This document shows positions 17,577 to 28,200 of a stretch of DNA of 36,640 nt, one piece after another. Position numbers and translations under genes: made by a program. The number at the start of each line of letters is the position of its first letter. Within the stretch, counting starts at the first letter, position 1. Source of the stretch: a virus (Duplodnaviria; Caudoviricetes); IMG/VR virus record IMGVR_UViG_3300040736_000114, positions 1 to 36,640 of that record, one strand, 5' to 3'. The notes under the pieces are model-generated. The model was given only the letters and a program-made list of their open reading frames with translations. It ran no database searches and was not told the DNA's origin.

Positions 17577-19195
17577 TCCCGGTCAGGGAGCAGATACTCG
17601 GCGGTTATGAATACCGGGGGTATGCCTACGCACAGTTGGAGGCACTGGAGCGTGACCGATTGGAAACCGGCGCCCCGATGTTGTCGGACAACCTTCGGCC
17701 GGCCGACGGCGTTGAAATCTACATCAGGGCGTCGAAATACGGCCACCTCATCCGCATCACCGAGAGCGATACCGGTTTTATCTGCCACCCGCGTGATAAC
17801 ACCAATCCGGGAGGGGCGAAACCCGGGGGCGTGGCCGTTACCCCCACCTCCTATCAATATCCGCTGGTGGACGATGACCACGCTAGCAGCGTGCTGTCCT
17901 GGGATGGCGAAACCTGGGCGGTATCCTCCGAGGTGGAGAACTACGGCAACCTGGATTGGAAAGGCCCGGACGGAGAAACGCTGTCCTGGCGCGGGCCGTG
18001 CGGCCGCCAGTTCGCCATGGATTCTACCGCGAACTATCCCGGATTCACGGCATTCGATTACCTGGACGGGAGCGAGGTCGAGCATTACACGCCCTACCAG
18101 CGCTATGTGTACCAGTCAGGTGAGTCGCTCAAGGAATTCCCGGAGGGGACCAGGGTTCTCGGGTGCGGCCTCAACGGTGGCATCCTGGTGTGTGTCGTCA
18201 GCGTGGATTATAGCGGACGCACGAATCCCGACGGCGGGACCGGAGGGTTCTATGATGAGGTGTGGAGGGGCGATACACGCATAGGCTGGGCAACATCGTC
18301 ACGGCCGTCAGTACCGTGGTTTTTTAATTCGACCGGGACAGAGGCTGTCTGCGGACAACGCAAATTGTCCATTGCGGAGGATTCCAGTGTCACGTTCTCC
18401 ACCCTGTCTGCCGGGAGCGGCACGGAGACCGTGCAATACGCCAAGGGTGAGAACTCCGAATGGTCACTCGCTCAAAGCGGCTTATGGGCGCTGTTTCGTG
18501 ATTATATTGGTCAGGATATGGCTGGGATTGAGTTGGCGGTGTCTAGCGCCGAGACCAGCGCGCACACCGGGGAATCGTCGGAAACGCATGCTGACCTGCC
18601 GGTCAAGTGGTCGTGCCCGGAAGACCCGGAAGGGGTAATAATCGGGTCCGATACGGTTACGGTCGGCGCGGGGTATTCGGTCTCTCTCTCCTCCGGGGAA
18701 CTGGAAGTTTGCACGGACATAAGCTGGTCGTTCGATGGAGGCACTATTTCGTCAGACGGCGTGGTTACGGCAATTACTGGCTGCGGTTCTGGAACCATTA
18801 CCGCCACCTACAACGGCAAGTGTGGCGGAAGCCTCAATCTGTCCAAAACCGTCAGGTTACCGTCCGGCAAATGGATCGCGGAATATTACGCCGAGCAATT
18901 TGAAGGATTGCAACCGGGGTGGCTCCCCGACCCGGTTATCACGTATTTCGGGGAATATCGGATATCGGTGACGTGGCGGATGTTTTCATGCTCGTATACA
19001 GGCGCTGTGCCTGATTGCACCTGTCAACGATCCGGATGCACATGGTGCCACAATTGCTACACCGGGCTCACATGCCCCTCTCCTGCCGCCGCTGGGGGTT
19101 TCCCTATGGGTACGTGTCCCACGGCTCCCGAGGCCGGTTTCCCGTACATCACACAACCCGCGATAGTTGACGTGATGAAATGGGTATGCCCGTGA
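17531..19195 (+). CDS. Tail protein with Ig-like (Big_2-like) domain and Cys-rich C-terminus; start uncertain
   Basis: ISWS...GTISSDGVVTA...GSGTITATY Ig-like motif; at least 7 Cys in the last 75 aa. Confidence 0.65.
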   Translation: MDILDPGQQAQNPGVIPVREQILGGYEYRGYAYAQLEALERDRLETGAPMLSDNLRPADGVEIYIRASKYGHLIRITESDTGFICHPRDNTNPGGAKPGGVAVTPTSYQYPLVDDDHASSVLSWDGETWAVSSEVENYGNLDWKGPDGETLSWRGPCGRQFAMDSTANYPGFTAFDYLDGSEVEHYTPYQRYVYQSGESLKEFPEGTRVLGCGLNGGILVCVVSVDYSGRTNPDGGTGGFYDEVWRGDTRIGWATSSRPSVPWFFNSTGTEAVCGQRKLSIAEDSSVTFSTLSAGSGTETVQYAKGENSEWSLAQSGLWALFRDYIGQDMAGIELAVSSAETSAHTGESSETHADLPVKWSCPEDPEGVIIGSDTVTVGAGYSVSLSSGELEVCTDISWSFDGGTISSDGVVTAITGCGSGTITATYNGKCGGSLNLSKTVRLPSGKWIAEYYAEQFEGLQPGWLPDPVITYFGEYRISVTWRMFSCSYTGAVPDCTCQRSGCTWCHNCYTGLTCPSPAAAGGFPMGTCPTAPEAGFPYITQPAIVDVMKWVCP

Positions 19196-19209
19196 AAGGA
19201 TAGGTTCTG

Positions 19210-19506
19210 ATGGTAAGCGAAGACACTGCAATCATTATTAGTCTGACGGATACCCTGGATTACTCGGAGTATGTTGCCGCATGCAACCGCGCAGGGCTTA
19301 CCCCGCAAATCCTGGGAAAATTCGCGCAGACGGCGGGTATGATCGCGGTCGCCAAGCGGGGCGGGGCAGACGTAGCGGAGTACATGAAGATGATAGCGGA
19401 GATGAACGCGGCATACGACACGGCTCCGGAATCCTCGCACACTATCGCTCATGAGGCGCAGAGCAGGGGCGGGTGTCGTGGTTGCGGCGGCGGGAAAGTG
19501 CGGTGA
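19210..19506 (+). CDS. Small protein ending in GGCRGCGGGKVR
   Basis: AAGGA SD, ATG 19210; the stop overlaps the next GTG. Confidence 0.6.
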   Translation: MVSEDTAIIISLTDTLDYSEYVAACNRAGLTPQILGKFAQTAGMIAVAKRGGADVAEYMKMIAEMNAAYDTAPESSHTIAHEAQSRGGCRGCGGGKVR

Positions 19507-20501
19507 CGATAAATGTCTGCACCGGTACTCATTACAGTTGCGGAGAAAGCCGCAATTGGCATACCGGCGATTATACATCATCGCAGATAGCTCAGTCTCG
19601 CAACAACAAGACATCATTCTATTTGGGCGATGCAGAGATAATCTTACTGTCTCAGCAACGCAATTTCTCGATAGAGGGCAGCCTAAGCATAGACCTGAAC
19701 AGCGAAGCCTTTGTGATGTCTGACGGAGAAGGTGCTTATTTTCAATGCGCTACGGAGGTTGAGACTCGACAGAGTTCCGTATCCGAGGATTACGAAATTA
19801 TCACCACAACTATTCATTTTATAGACAGAAGACATAACTGCGGAGTTTTCACTGAAACAAAAGAAAAGCTCACCTTTAGCAAGAGCGGTTCCGATAAGGC
19901 GCAATTCAACGGAGCATACAGTGATATTTATTATCACAAACTCAAAGTAACAAACGCCAAGATAGTGACGACTACGACGTATTATGTAGTGGTCGGAGGA
20001 ATAAAATCAGTTCTTAAAACTGTTACCGAAACAACCTACCCATACACTGCGGTCAGTCCGTTGATTCTGGTCTACCCGAATCCATCATCAGGCGAGACGC
20101 CAATGGATTCCGAAATAATCCAATACGGGTTCTATGACTATTTCGGCGGCGGAGGGTCGCAGATAGAAGAGGATGGCGGAGACGATTATTACTATACGGA
20201 CTCGATGCGGATGGTGGGGGCAGCAAACGCGGCAGTCGATGCGGCCAAAGCGGCGGAGCGGTACGCAACGTATTTCCTCGGCTCCGAAACCAGCTATACC
20301 AATACAGAGAGCATGCCCATGCCCCCTGTCCCTACCGACCCCACTCCGTGCGCATCAATCGCCGTCGACCATGGCGGCAGGGCGTTCTACTCGGTGACGC
20401 TGGCCGGACAAAATTTCAACTACCTGGAAGATGGAGACCTGCTGAAATTGCTGCCGTATTTCTCGGCGGACCCGAAATTCTATCCGGTGGGGGTGATATG
20501 A
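19503..20501 (+). CDS. Beta-rich tail/virion protein
   Basis: Long ORF with GTGA-coupled start; Thr/Ser/Tyr-rich; lower GC in the 5' half. Confidence 0.6.
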   Translation: MTINVCTGTHYSCGESRNWHTGDYTSSQIAQSRNNKTSFYLGDAEIILLSQQRNFSIEGSLSIDLNSEAFVMSDGEGAYFQCATEVETRQSSVSEDYEIITTTIHFIDRRHNCGVFTETKEKLTFSKSGSDKAQFNGAYSDIYYHKLKVTNAKIVTTTTYYVVVGGIKSVLKTVTETTYPYTAVSPLILVYPNPSSGETPMDSEIIQYGFYDYFGGGGSQIEEDGGDDYYYTDSMRMVGAANAAVDAAKAAERYATYFLGSETSYTNTESMPMPPVPTDPTPCASIAVDHGGRAFYSVTLAGQNFNYLEDGDLLKLLPYFSADPKFYPVGVI

Positions 20502-20851
20502 CGATATTGGTGGGGATATTCGCGGCATATATTTTATGGGCTGTCTGTACCACGTATATTGTCACAGTTGTTTTGGTAAAGGGCCATATTTTCACGTATT
20601 TTCGGTGCTGGTTCCGGATGCGAACATTGTGGCTCATCAAAGGGCCCCCGGGAGATAGGCGGCATTTGATTGATTGCCGGCTGTGCACGGGGGTGTGGGT
20701 GGCGTTAGGGATACATGGCGCCGTAATGGTTACTGCCTATGCATTCGCGCGCGACATTCTTCCCCCGGCTGATTTGACGTTGGTGTTATTTTTGGCCGGA
20801 GTTTTTGTGACTATGGCGGGCGCGTATTTTATGGTCACACAGGAAAGGTAG
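20498..20851 (+). CDS. DUF1360-like membrane protein
   Basis: TM, IF..FR, LIDCRLCTGVWVA (CxxC...W), TM, TM; ATGA coupling. Confidence 0.6.
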   Translation: MTILVGIFAAYILWAVCTTYIVTVVLVKGHIFTYFRCWFRMRTLWLIKGPPGDRRHLIDCRLCTGVWVALGIHGAVMVTAYAFARDILPPADLTLVLFLAGVFVTMAGAYFMVTQER

Positions 20852-20856
20852 CAAGT

Positions 20857-20894
20857 TTCACTTGCACATAAACCGTTCAATATAATATTGAACA
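20857..20894 (+). promoter_or_regulatory. Promoter 2 with palindromic operator (ejection genes)
   Basis: TTCACT, 18 bp, TATAAT (20881-20886); the -10 lies inside GTTCAA-tataata-TTGAAC (20875-20893). Confidence 0.7.
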
Positions 20895-20917
20895 CAGATA
20901 AAAAAGGGGGTGGAGAG

Positions 20918-22255
20918 ATGGCCGTCCAGACAAGGAGAATACCCGCAATAGGTGACCTGTATGAAACCGACCCGACCAAGATAGCAGACACGTCGACCTT
21001 CGTGGGCGGAGTAAAGGGATTGGTGAGCGCTGCGGCGGGCGGTATCGCTAACAGCAATCTCGCTACGGGCCGGGCACTGCGGAAGGGAATCGGAGATTTC
21101 GCGTCCATCGGCTCCAATGCGGACAAGCCATTCATGGCACATTGGGACCCCGCGCTTGACCCGACGAACACGGCGGCTGCCGCGGCCAAGAATCAGACGC
21201 CGGCGGCAGTAAAGCCGAAGCCGGTACCAATCGTTTCGGAAGCGCAGGCCGGAGAGATTCCCAAACCTGTGGTGGATATCGGGGCAAGCGCGATGCTGGG
21301 TGCCGCAGGAGGAGCACAGCCGGTCAGCGCGGCTCTTGAAAAATCGGTGGGCACTCCCCCTGTGCAGACGCAGACCGCCTCCCCGACAGCAACGCCGAAC
21401 AAAGCGCAACCCATCGACGGCGGCAGCGGGTATGCCGTTGTAGACGGCAAGCGCATCAACTACCGGGATATCGGAGGTACGGGAGACCCGCTCAGAAAAA
21501 GCGGAGGGTACGTCATGGCGAAGTCAGTCCCGGGAATCGGAGAGACTCCGGCCGACCCGAGCATCGGAGCCATGGACCGTGAAGTAAAGAGGATCCAAGG
21601 GGTGCAGGATGACCTTAACCTGTCCGGTATCGGCGTCATGAGCCCTGATGCCGCACGTAAGTCCATCATGTCCCGGCAGGGTCAACAGGACCTGGACCAG
21701 CGGGGCGATCTGGTAAGCATTGCCGCGCAAAAAGAGGCGAATGACGCGGATTACAAAAACAGGGCGTTGGCCATCAATGCCCCGCTCATTGAGGCACAGG
21801 CCAAAAACAACCTCGCGGAGGCGCGGGCGAAAGAGTTCGCCGTGAGCCCCGCTGGTGTAAAACAGGCGCTGGCCAAGGAGGGCGCGAAAGACAATAAGGA
21901 TGCCGTAATGAAATATTTCGACCTGTTCAAGGGACGCAGCCTCCCGCAGCAATGGGCCGGAAAACACATGGAATTGGCCAAGAAATTCGCCATGTCGGAT
22001 GACCCGAGTAACGACTACGGAATTTTCTTTAATCGGGATACGCCGAATCGTGGTGGTATTGGCGTGAGCAGAAAACTGTTTCTCCCCATCGTGCAAGAGT
22101 ATCAGCGGAAAGGCTTCTCGGAAGGTGACGCAATGGCCCGTGCGGTTGGGTATCTGCAAAGCCTTGAAAAGACACAAGGCAAACTCTACGAGGATATTCC
22201 GAATATGGACCGGTTTGTGCACACTGATAACAAGCCTCAAGACGTGGGAGTTTAA
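20918..22255 (+). CDS. Probable DNA ejection/internal virion protein
   Basis: GGAG SD; Ala/Gly/Pro-rich N-terminus and helical C-terminus; directly upstream of the giant gene. Confidence 0.6.
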   Translation: MAVQTRRIPAIGDLYETDPTKIADTSTFVGGVKGLVSAAAGGIANSNLATGRALRKGIGDFASIGSNADKPFMAHWDPALDPTNTAAAAAKNQTPAAVKPKPVPIVSEAQAGEIPKPVVDIGASAMLGAAGGAQPVSAALEKSVGTPPVQTQTASPTATPNKAQPIDGGSGYAVVDGKRINYRDIGGTGDPLRKSGGYVMAKSVPGIGETPADPSIGAMDREVKRIQGVQDDLNLSGIGVMSPDAARKSIMSRQGQQDLDQRGDLVSIAAQKEANDADYKNRALAINAPLIEAQAKNNLAEARAKEFAVSPAGVKQALAKEGAKDNKDAVMKYFDLFKGRSLPQQWAGKHMELAKKFAMSDDPSNDYGIFFNRDTPNRGGIGVSRKLFLPIVQEYQRKGFSEGDAMARAVGYLQSLEKTQGKLYEDIPNMDRFVHTDNKPQDVGV

Positions 22256-22257
22256 TT

Positions 22258-25200
22258 ATGGGAGTGTATGATTACGAAGTTCCTGATTTCGTGAATGTGG
22301 ACGTGGACGCGATCCTGAAGGATTTCCGTTCAAAACCCATTACCCCCTACGTCCCTCATCCCGAACCGGTTGCCGAAGAGAGCGAATTCACCAAGGGCAT
22401 GAAACGCGGCATGGAGGGCTTGAAAAGCGCCGGGTATGGCGCCGCCGGTCTCGTCGGCTCCGGTCTCGGAATAGACTCCGTGCGCGACTGGGGATACCAG
22501 GGTTTCCTGGAGCATGAGGAAGAGGCGTCAAAACATGCGGGACGAGTCCAGAACATCGAGGACATCAAGAGCATCGGCGACGTGGGAGACTGGGCCGCCG
22601 GTACGTTCGGAAGTCTGGTGCCGTCCATCGGTGAGGCGGCGGTGACCTCGGCCGCCGGCGCGATTGCAGGTTCCGCCATAGGCCCGGAGGGGACCATCGC
22701 GGGTGGTATCACCGGTTTGGTCGGCAAACAGGCGGCCAAATCCATGGTTCGCAAGTTGGCCAGAACATATGTCAAGGATGGGATGGAACGCCAGGTTGCC
22801 AAAGCGGCGGCGAAAGAGGCGGTCGAATCACTCCCGGCCAAGGCGCTGATGCGCAATCTCGGCACCAAGGCAGGCATCGTCGCCGGAACGGCGCCCGTCG
22901 AGGCGGGGGGCATGTGGGGCGAAGGGATGCAGCAGGGGAAAGATAATCCCTATTCCGCCGCGGTATTCGGTACGCTCTCCGGCCTGTCGGAACTGGTCGG
23001 CGGCGAGGCGGAACTTATCGACATATTCACCAACCCTGCCCGTCAGGCGGTGAAGGGAAATATCGTAAAGCGAATCGGCGTGGAATTGAGCAAAACCATA
23101 CCGCAGGAAGCGGCGCAGGAAGCCACACAGGAAACGTTAGCTATCATCAACCGCAAAGTGGTGGACCCTTCGTACGAGATGTTCGGGGATGACGCCCGGA
23201 GCCGTGTGCTCAACTCGGCGGCCGCCGGAGCACTCGGAGGCGTGGCCTTCGGTGGAGTCGGCGGAGTGATGAGCGGAAGGAGCGAAGGGCGAGGAGCAGG
23301 GAATGAGGAAGAGACACCCAGCCCCCAGCCCCCAGCCACTGAAGTTGACCCATGGAAAGAGGCAGAAGAACCACCGCACCCGGTTACCGCGGCAGAAGCC
23401 GAAGAACAGCCGGTCATGCTGGAGGTGCCGAAGGGGCCGTTGACACGCGCAGTAGAGACAGGTACCGGGACCGTCCCGAATATCGGAGAAACTATACCGT
23501 CTATCACGCCGACGCAGACCACAGATGAACTGGTGCTGGATGAGGCTCGCGACTGGGCGAAGCAGATGGTCGGTTCGGGCCGGACGGATCTGATGCGCCA
23601 GCATGGCGAGCCGTCCAGAGTGTACGACCAGAGAATCCTGGAGTCGTACCAGAAGAAGGATGAGCGTTCAACGTCATCCAGCCCCAAATACGCCAATGTT
23701 GTCTTGGTAAATCCTGAAACCGGCGCACAAGAAACAGTCAAGCCGGAAGAGGTGGCGGACAGGCTCAAGAGCGGCTGGCGGACTCCGAACCAAGAAGAAT
23801 CACCCGTCACTCATCACTCGTCACCTGTCACTGATTTACATTCCGTCACCGACGCAGACCGGAACATGCTGCGCATGGCACAGTTGCGCGCTGATTATTG
23901 GGAGCGCGGTTCCCTGGATAACGGGCGGAGCAACAAGACGCAGCTCTTCCCGTGGCTGAATTCGTGGGGCAAGATCACACCGGCGGAAGTGGGCAAGGCG
24001 ATCGGCAATTTCCTGGAAGGTAGAAAGCTGGGGGATGTTCAGCAGCGACTAGTGGAAGCCGCGCTTGAATACGAGCGGGAAAACCCTGTGCCGTTTGCGG
24101 AAGAGCAAAAAACAACGAAGGAGGAATCTCAGGATGAAAAGGTTCAAGAAGAAGTGCGGGGGCAAGGGCCGGGGGAAATAGCGCCGGCGGCTACGAATGC
24201 TTTGCGGGAAAGGGCGCAACGGTACGCGGAAAAAGCGGGGTATGGTGATGTCTCGGACTGGAGCGATAAGGAAGTCGCGAGTTTTGTAAAAACCTACGAT
24301 GCGTGGAGATTCGCGGAGAGACAAAAGCAGCATCTCACGCAAAAGATAAGCCGGACCAAAGAGCCGAAGGCCCTGGAACGGCTGCAAAAAACCCTGGGTC
24401 AGGTCCGCAAAAGACAGGCTGAACTGGGGCTGAAAGGGGCCGCACGTGGCGAAGAAACCGGAAATCAAGGAACCGCTGGAAAAGCCTCGGCCGGAGCCGA
24501 AACAGTGCCGCCGGTGCAAAAACTGGATGGACAGGAAAGCGACGGAATGCCCGTGGTGCAGCCTGCCGATGAAGTGAAGGCTGTTCCACCCATCACTCAT
24601 CACCCATCACTCATCACTGATACTGAAAATAAAGGGGGGATGCAGGATGATTTGTCCGAAGTGCGGCAAGAAGAGCGCGGGACGGAGGGAGAAGTGCCCG
24701 CAGTGCGGGGAGAAACTGTAGGAAACGAACAAAGGAAGGCCAAGTTTGCGGAAGCCCGCAGGAAGCATATTCTGAGAAAGCTGGCTGAGGCGAAAGAACC
24801 GAAAGAGCGTGAGCGGCTGCAAAAGGCGCTTGCCCGTTTGGAGGCAGAACGTGATTCAAAACAGGGAAAAACCGAGGAAAAAGCCGAAGTAGGAAAGCTG
24901 GGTAAAGATATCCGTAAGCAGAGAGTTGAAGAGTTTAAGAAAAAGTATGGGTATACCGAAGCTGATAACGGAGAGAAACAGGATTCAAGAAAAGCCCCGG
25001 AAACACGCCAGGAGAAGCTGCTCGATACCCTTGAAAAAGCCTACGAGACACAGACAAAGCGGTTGAACAGTATGAATCTGCCCGTGCCTTCCAAGAATGA
25101 TGTGCGGCAGTATATCCAGGACGGCAAAGGCGCGGTAGCGGATGTTACGGCATCAATTCAAGATATCATGGAAGAGATGTCGAGAGCATCCGTTCAAGAG

Positions 25201-28200
25201 TCGGATTCGAGTATCCCTTCCACAACTCCCGCCACCGAAGAGGAGCGGCCTGCCGGGGCCGCTCCGCCCGCCTCCGATGAAATGTCGAAGGCACCAAGTA
25301 TGGTCAGAGATTTTGCCGCAAAGGTATTGAATGGTGAAAACCATCCAAAAAGACTGGTCTTCAAAGTGACAACGGAAACAAAACGCCAAAAAGTTATTAA
25401 CGATACCGGTGTTGATATAGGTGGATCAGTGGAAATGGTTCTTCCCGATTCAATTATCCATGTGAAAAAACGGCACTTGGATATTACTCTCGACGACTGG
25501 GAAAGACTCCCTGAGATAGCGGAAACATTCAACGATTCATACATTGGGCGCGCAATTGGAGATCCCAAAACAAAAAGAATGATTTTCGTCAGAGAAAGCG
25601 ACCCATATCAATATGTATATGTGGCTGAATTTGCAAGTGGAGGCAGGGGAAAAAGGCTTATCGTTAAAACCTATTTCAAAGATACGTCCAAAAATATTGA
25701 AGATTTCCTTGAAAAAAATGCGCAAAAAACAAAAGAGGCTTCTTCTGGTGTCGGGGATCTCACCCAACCTGCTTTACGCCCCCAGAATTCCACCTCTTCT
25801 GTGGATATTGTCCCCAATTCCGATGGTAATGTCAAGGAAAACGAAGGTAAAATAGACGACTTCGGCGAAAAGATAGGCGGAGCGAGGAAGGACACGGCGG
25901 AAAAGGTGTCCTCGCAAACGCGTAAGGCAAAAGACAAAGAAACGGCGCCCGCCTGGAAGAAGCGCTTCATCGTCTCCGAGAGCGTGAAGACACCGGGACA
26001 ATTTAAAATAATCGACACCAGGGAAGGGCGGTACAGCTTCTCATCGGGAGGGCAGCCCTTCACTTCGAAAGAGGAGGCCGAAAACGCCCTACCCGTGTAT
26101 GCCGTGGCGAAGACGCATCATGTGTACCAGAACGCCGACAAAACATGGTCCGTCTGGAAACGGGTGGGAGAACGGAAGCGGCTCAAGGTGGTGGACCGGG
26201 ATTTCCAGAGCCGGGAAGACGCCATGCGTTTCATGGCGAAAAACGCCGTAAGTCTTCTTGAAAACAAGACCAGCTTCGGCGAAGAGATTCTTCCGGTTCC
26301 GGAAATAGCCGTGCGCAAGGGCGAGGAGAGGCGTACCGGCCCGGCGACGCCTGAGATGTTCATGGAGACCTTTACGCCGCGCGGTATCGAGTTTGGCAAT
26401 TGGACCAACCAGGAAGAGCGGCAGCAGGTCATGGACCACGCCTATGATGGGCTCCTCGACCTGGCCGAGGTTCTGGGCGTCCCTCCCAAGGCGCTGATGC
26501 TGAACGGCGAACTGGCTATCGCCTTCGGAGCGCGCGGCCAGGGTCTGTCCGGAGCCAAGGCCCATTACGAGCGCGATTACGGCGTCATCAACCTGACCAA
26601 GATGAAAGGGGCCGGTTCCCTGGCCCATGAATGGTTCCATGCCCTCGACCATTACCTGGGAAGGCTGGACGGCAAGGCTACGTCCGAAAAGGAACAGAAC
26701 AAGCGTGGTGACCAGGTTTACAAGACCAGGGGGACCGGCGACTATCTGAGCCACGGCGCAAGCTACAAATCACAGCTGCGGCAGGAACTCCGGGAGGCGT
26801 ATACCGCCCTTGTCAAAACGATGTACAAAAAGGCGGAGCAGTACGTCGAGGACACCGAGAAGACGGAAAAGTTCGTCGGCGCCGCGCGGGAAAACCTGAA
26901 GGAAACGCTGGACAGGATTCGGACCGACCTTTCCCGCGACCTTTCCAATGAATACACCTGGAGAAAGAGCAAGAAAGGACTTGCTCCGGCATCCGCCGAA
27001 CAGCTTGCCGAGTTCGACAGGCTGGCGTCAATCCTTGTGGAAGGCGGTGACCTGGCAACATCCTTCCGGCAGGATAATCCTACAGCTCCGGCCAACAGCC
27101 GCGCGGCTTTTTCGGGCCGTAACACCAATGAAAGCCTGGAGGGTATCAGCCGCATACTCAAGGCCGTGCGTAACCGCTCCGGGTTCAACGCCGAACGGAC
27201 CGGGACGCTGGACAGGCTCCGCGCGGATATGAACCTGTATGACCAGCGGCTGAAGATGCTGCAAGAAGCGGAAAGCGGTACGGAAAAAACCAAACAGGTA
27301 CCCACATCGTTCGCCATGGAAGCGAAGAAGATGGATCAGGCCCGGTCGGGAGATTATTGGAGCGAACCGCACGAAATGGCGGCCAGGGCCTTCGCCGCCT
27401 ATGTGGAGGACAAGGTAGCGGAAAGGGGTGGGCAGAGCGATTTCCTTGTCTATCATGCCCATGGCGGTATTGTCGTGCCAATGATAGACGGCTTTGTAGC
27501 ACGGCCGTATCCGGAAGGTAAGGAGCGGCAGGCGTTGAATACGGCTTTTGACAAATTCGTCAAGGCCATTCGCACCGAAGAGACCGAAAAAGGCGTAGTG
27601 ATGTTTGCTCTTGCGCCAAATCCAGGAGCGCCGTTCTATTCCAAACTGGAAAAGGTTGTTGAGTCGAAATTCCCCGGAAAGTCTGACACGCGCATGGCCG
27701 CCCAGATGCTCCAGGCGTGGCAGAAGAAAGGAGAGTTTACATCTGACGAGTTGGGGCAGAGCGGACTAAAGGATTTCCTTGCCGGAGAGACGAAAGTTAC
27801 GAAGCAGGATGTGCTTGATTTTCTGAAAGAGCAGCAGACGGAGTTTCAGGATGTGGTGCTGGGGGAGGAATCAAAAGAGCAGTTGTATGAAGGGCCAGAT
27901 TCATGGGGCGATATGCCAGCCATGACTTTGGAGTCGTGGAAAAACGAGATACCGGAAAATGAACAGGAGGCCAAGGCAACCCATTGGTACGATTGGTATA
28001 GAGACGATGCGTACCGTGCCGAGGATATGGGAGAGGACCTTTCATGGAGCGATTACCGTGACGGATTGATTGATGATTTGAAGAAGTCGCAAGAAATTGA
28101 ACAACCTACTCACTTCTCCCGATACACTGAACCCGGCGCGAAAGAAGGAAGTTACCGGGAGATGTTTGTGACGGTGCCAAGTCAAAAACCCGTTAGTGTC

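Noticed and set aside
19037-19051. CxxCH heme-c motif (CTWCH) in the tail protein
   Set aside because: Single occurrence in a Cys-rich stretch, and the protein has no signal peptide to reach cytochrome c maturation; probably chance.
15064-20501. Diversity-generating retroelement or invertible tail-fibre cassette
   Set aside because: No reverse transcriptase, no TR/VR repeat pair and no inverted fibre segments seen in the window.
23303-23443. Another +1-frame SD-ATG ORF in the giant gene (MRKRHPAP...)
   Set aside because: The composition is what a Glu/Pro-rich main frame yields in +1; no motif. It serves as a caution for the other nested ORFs.
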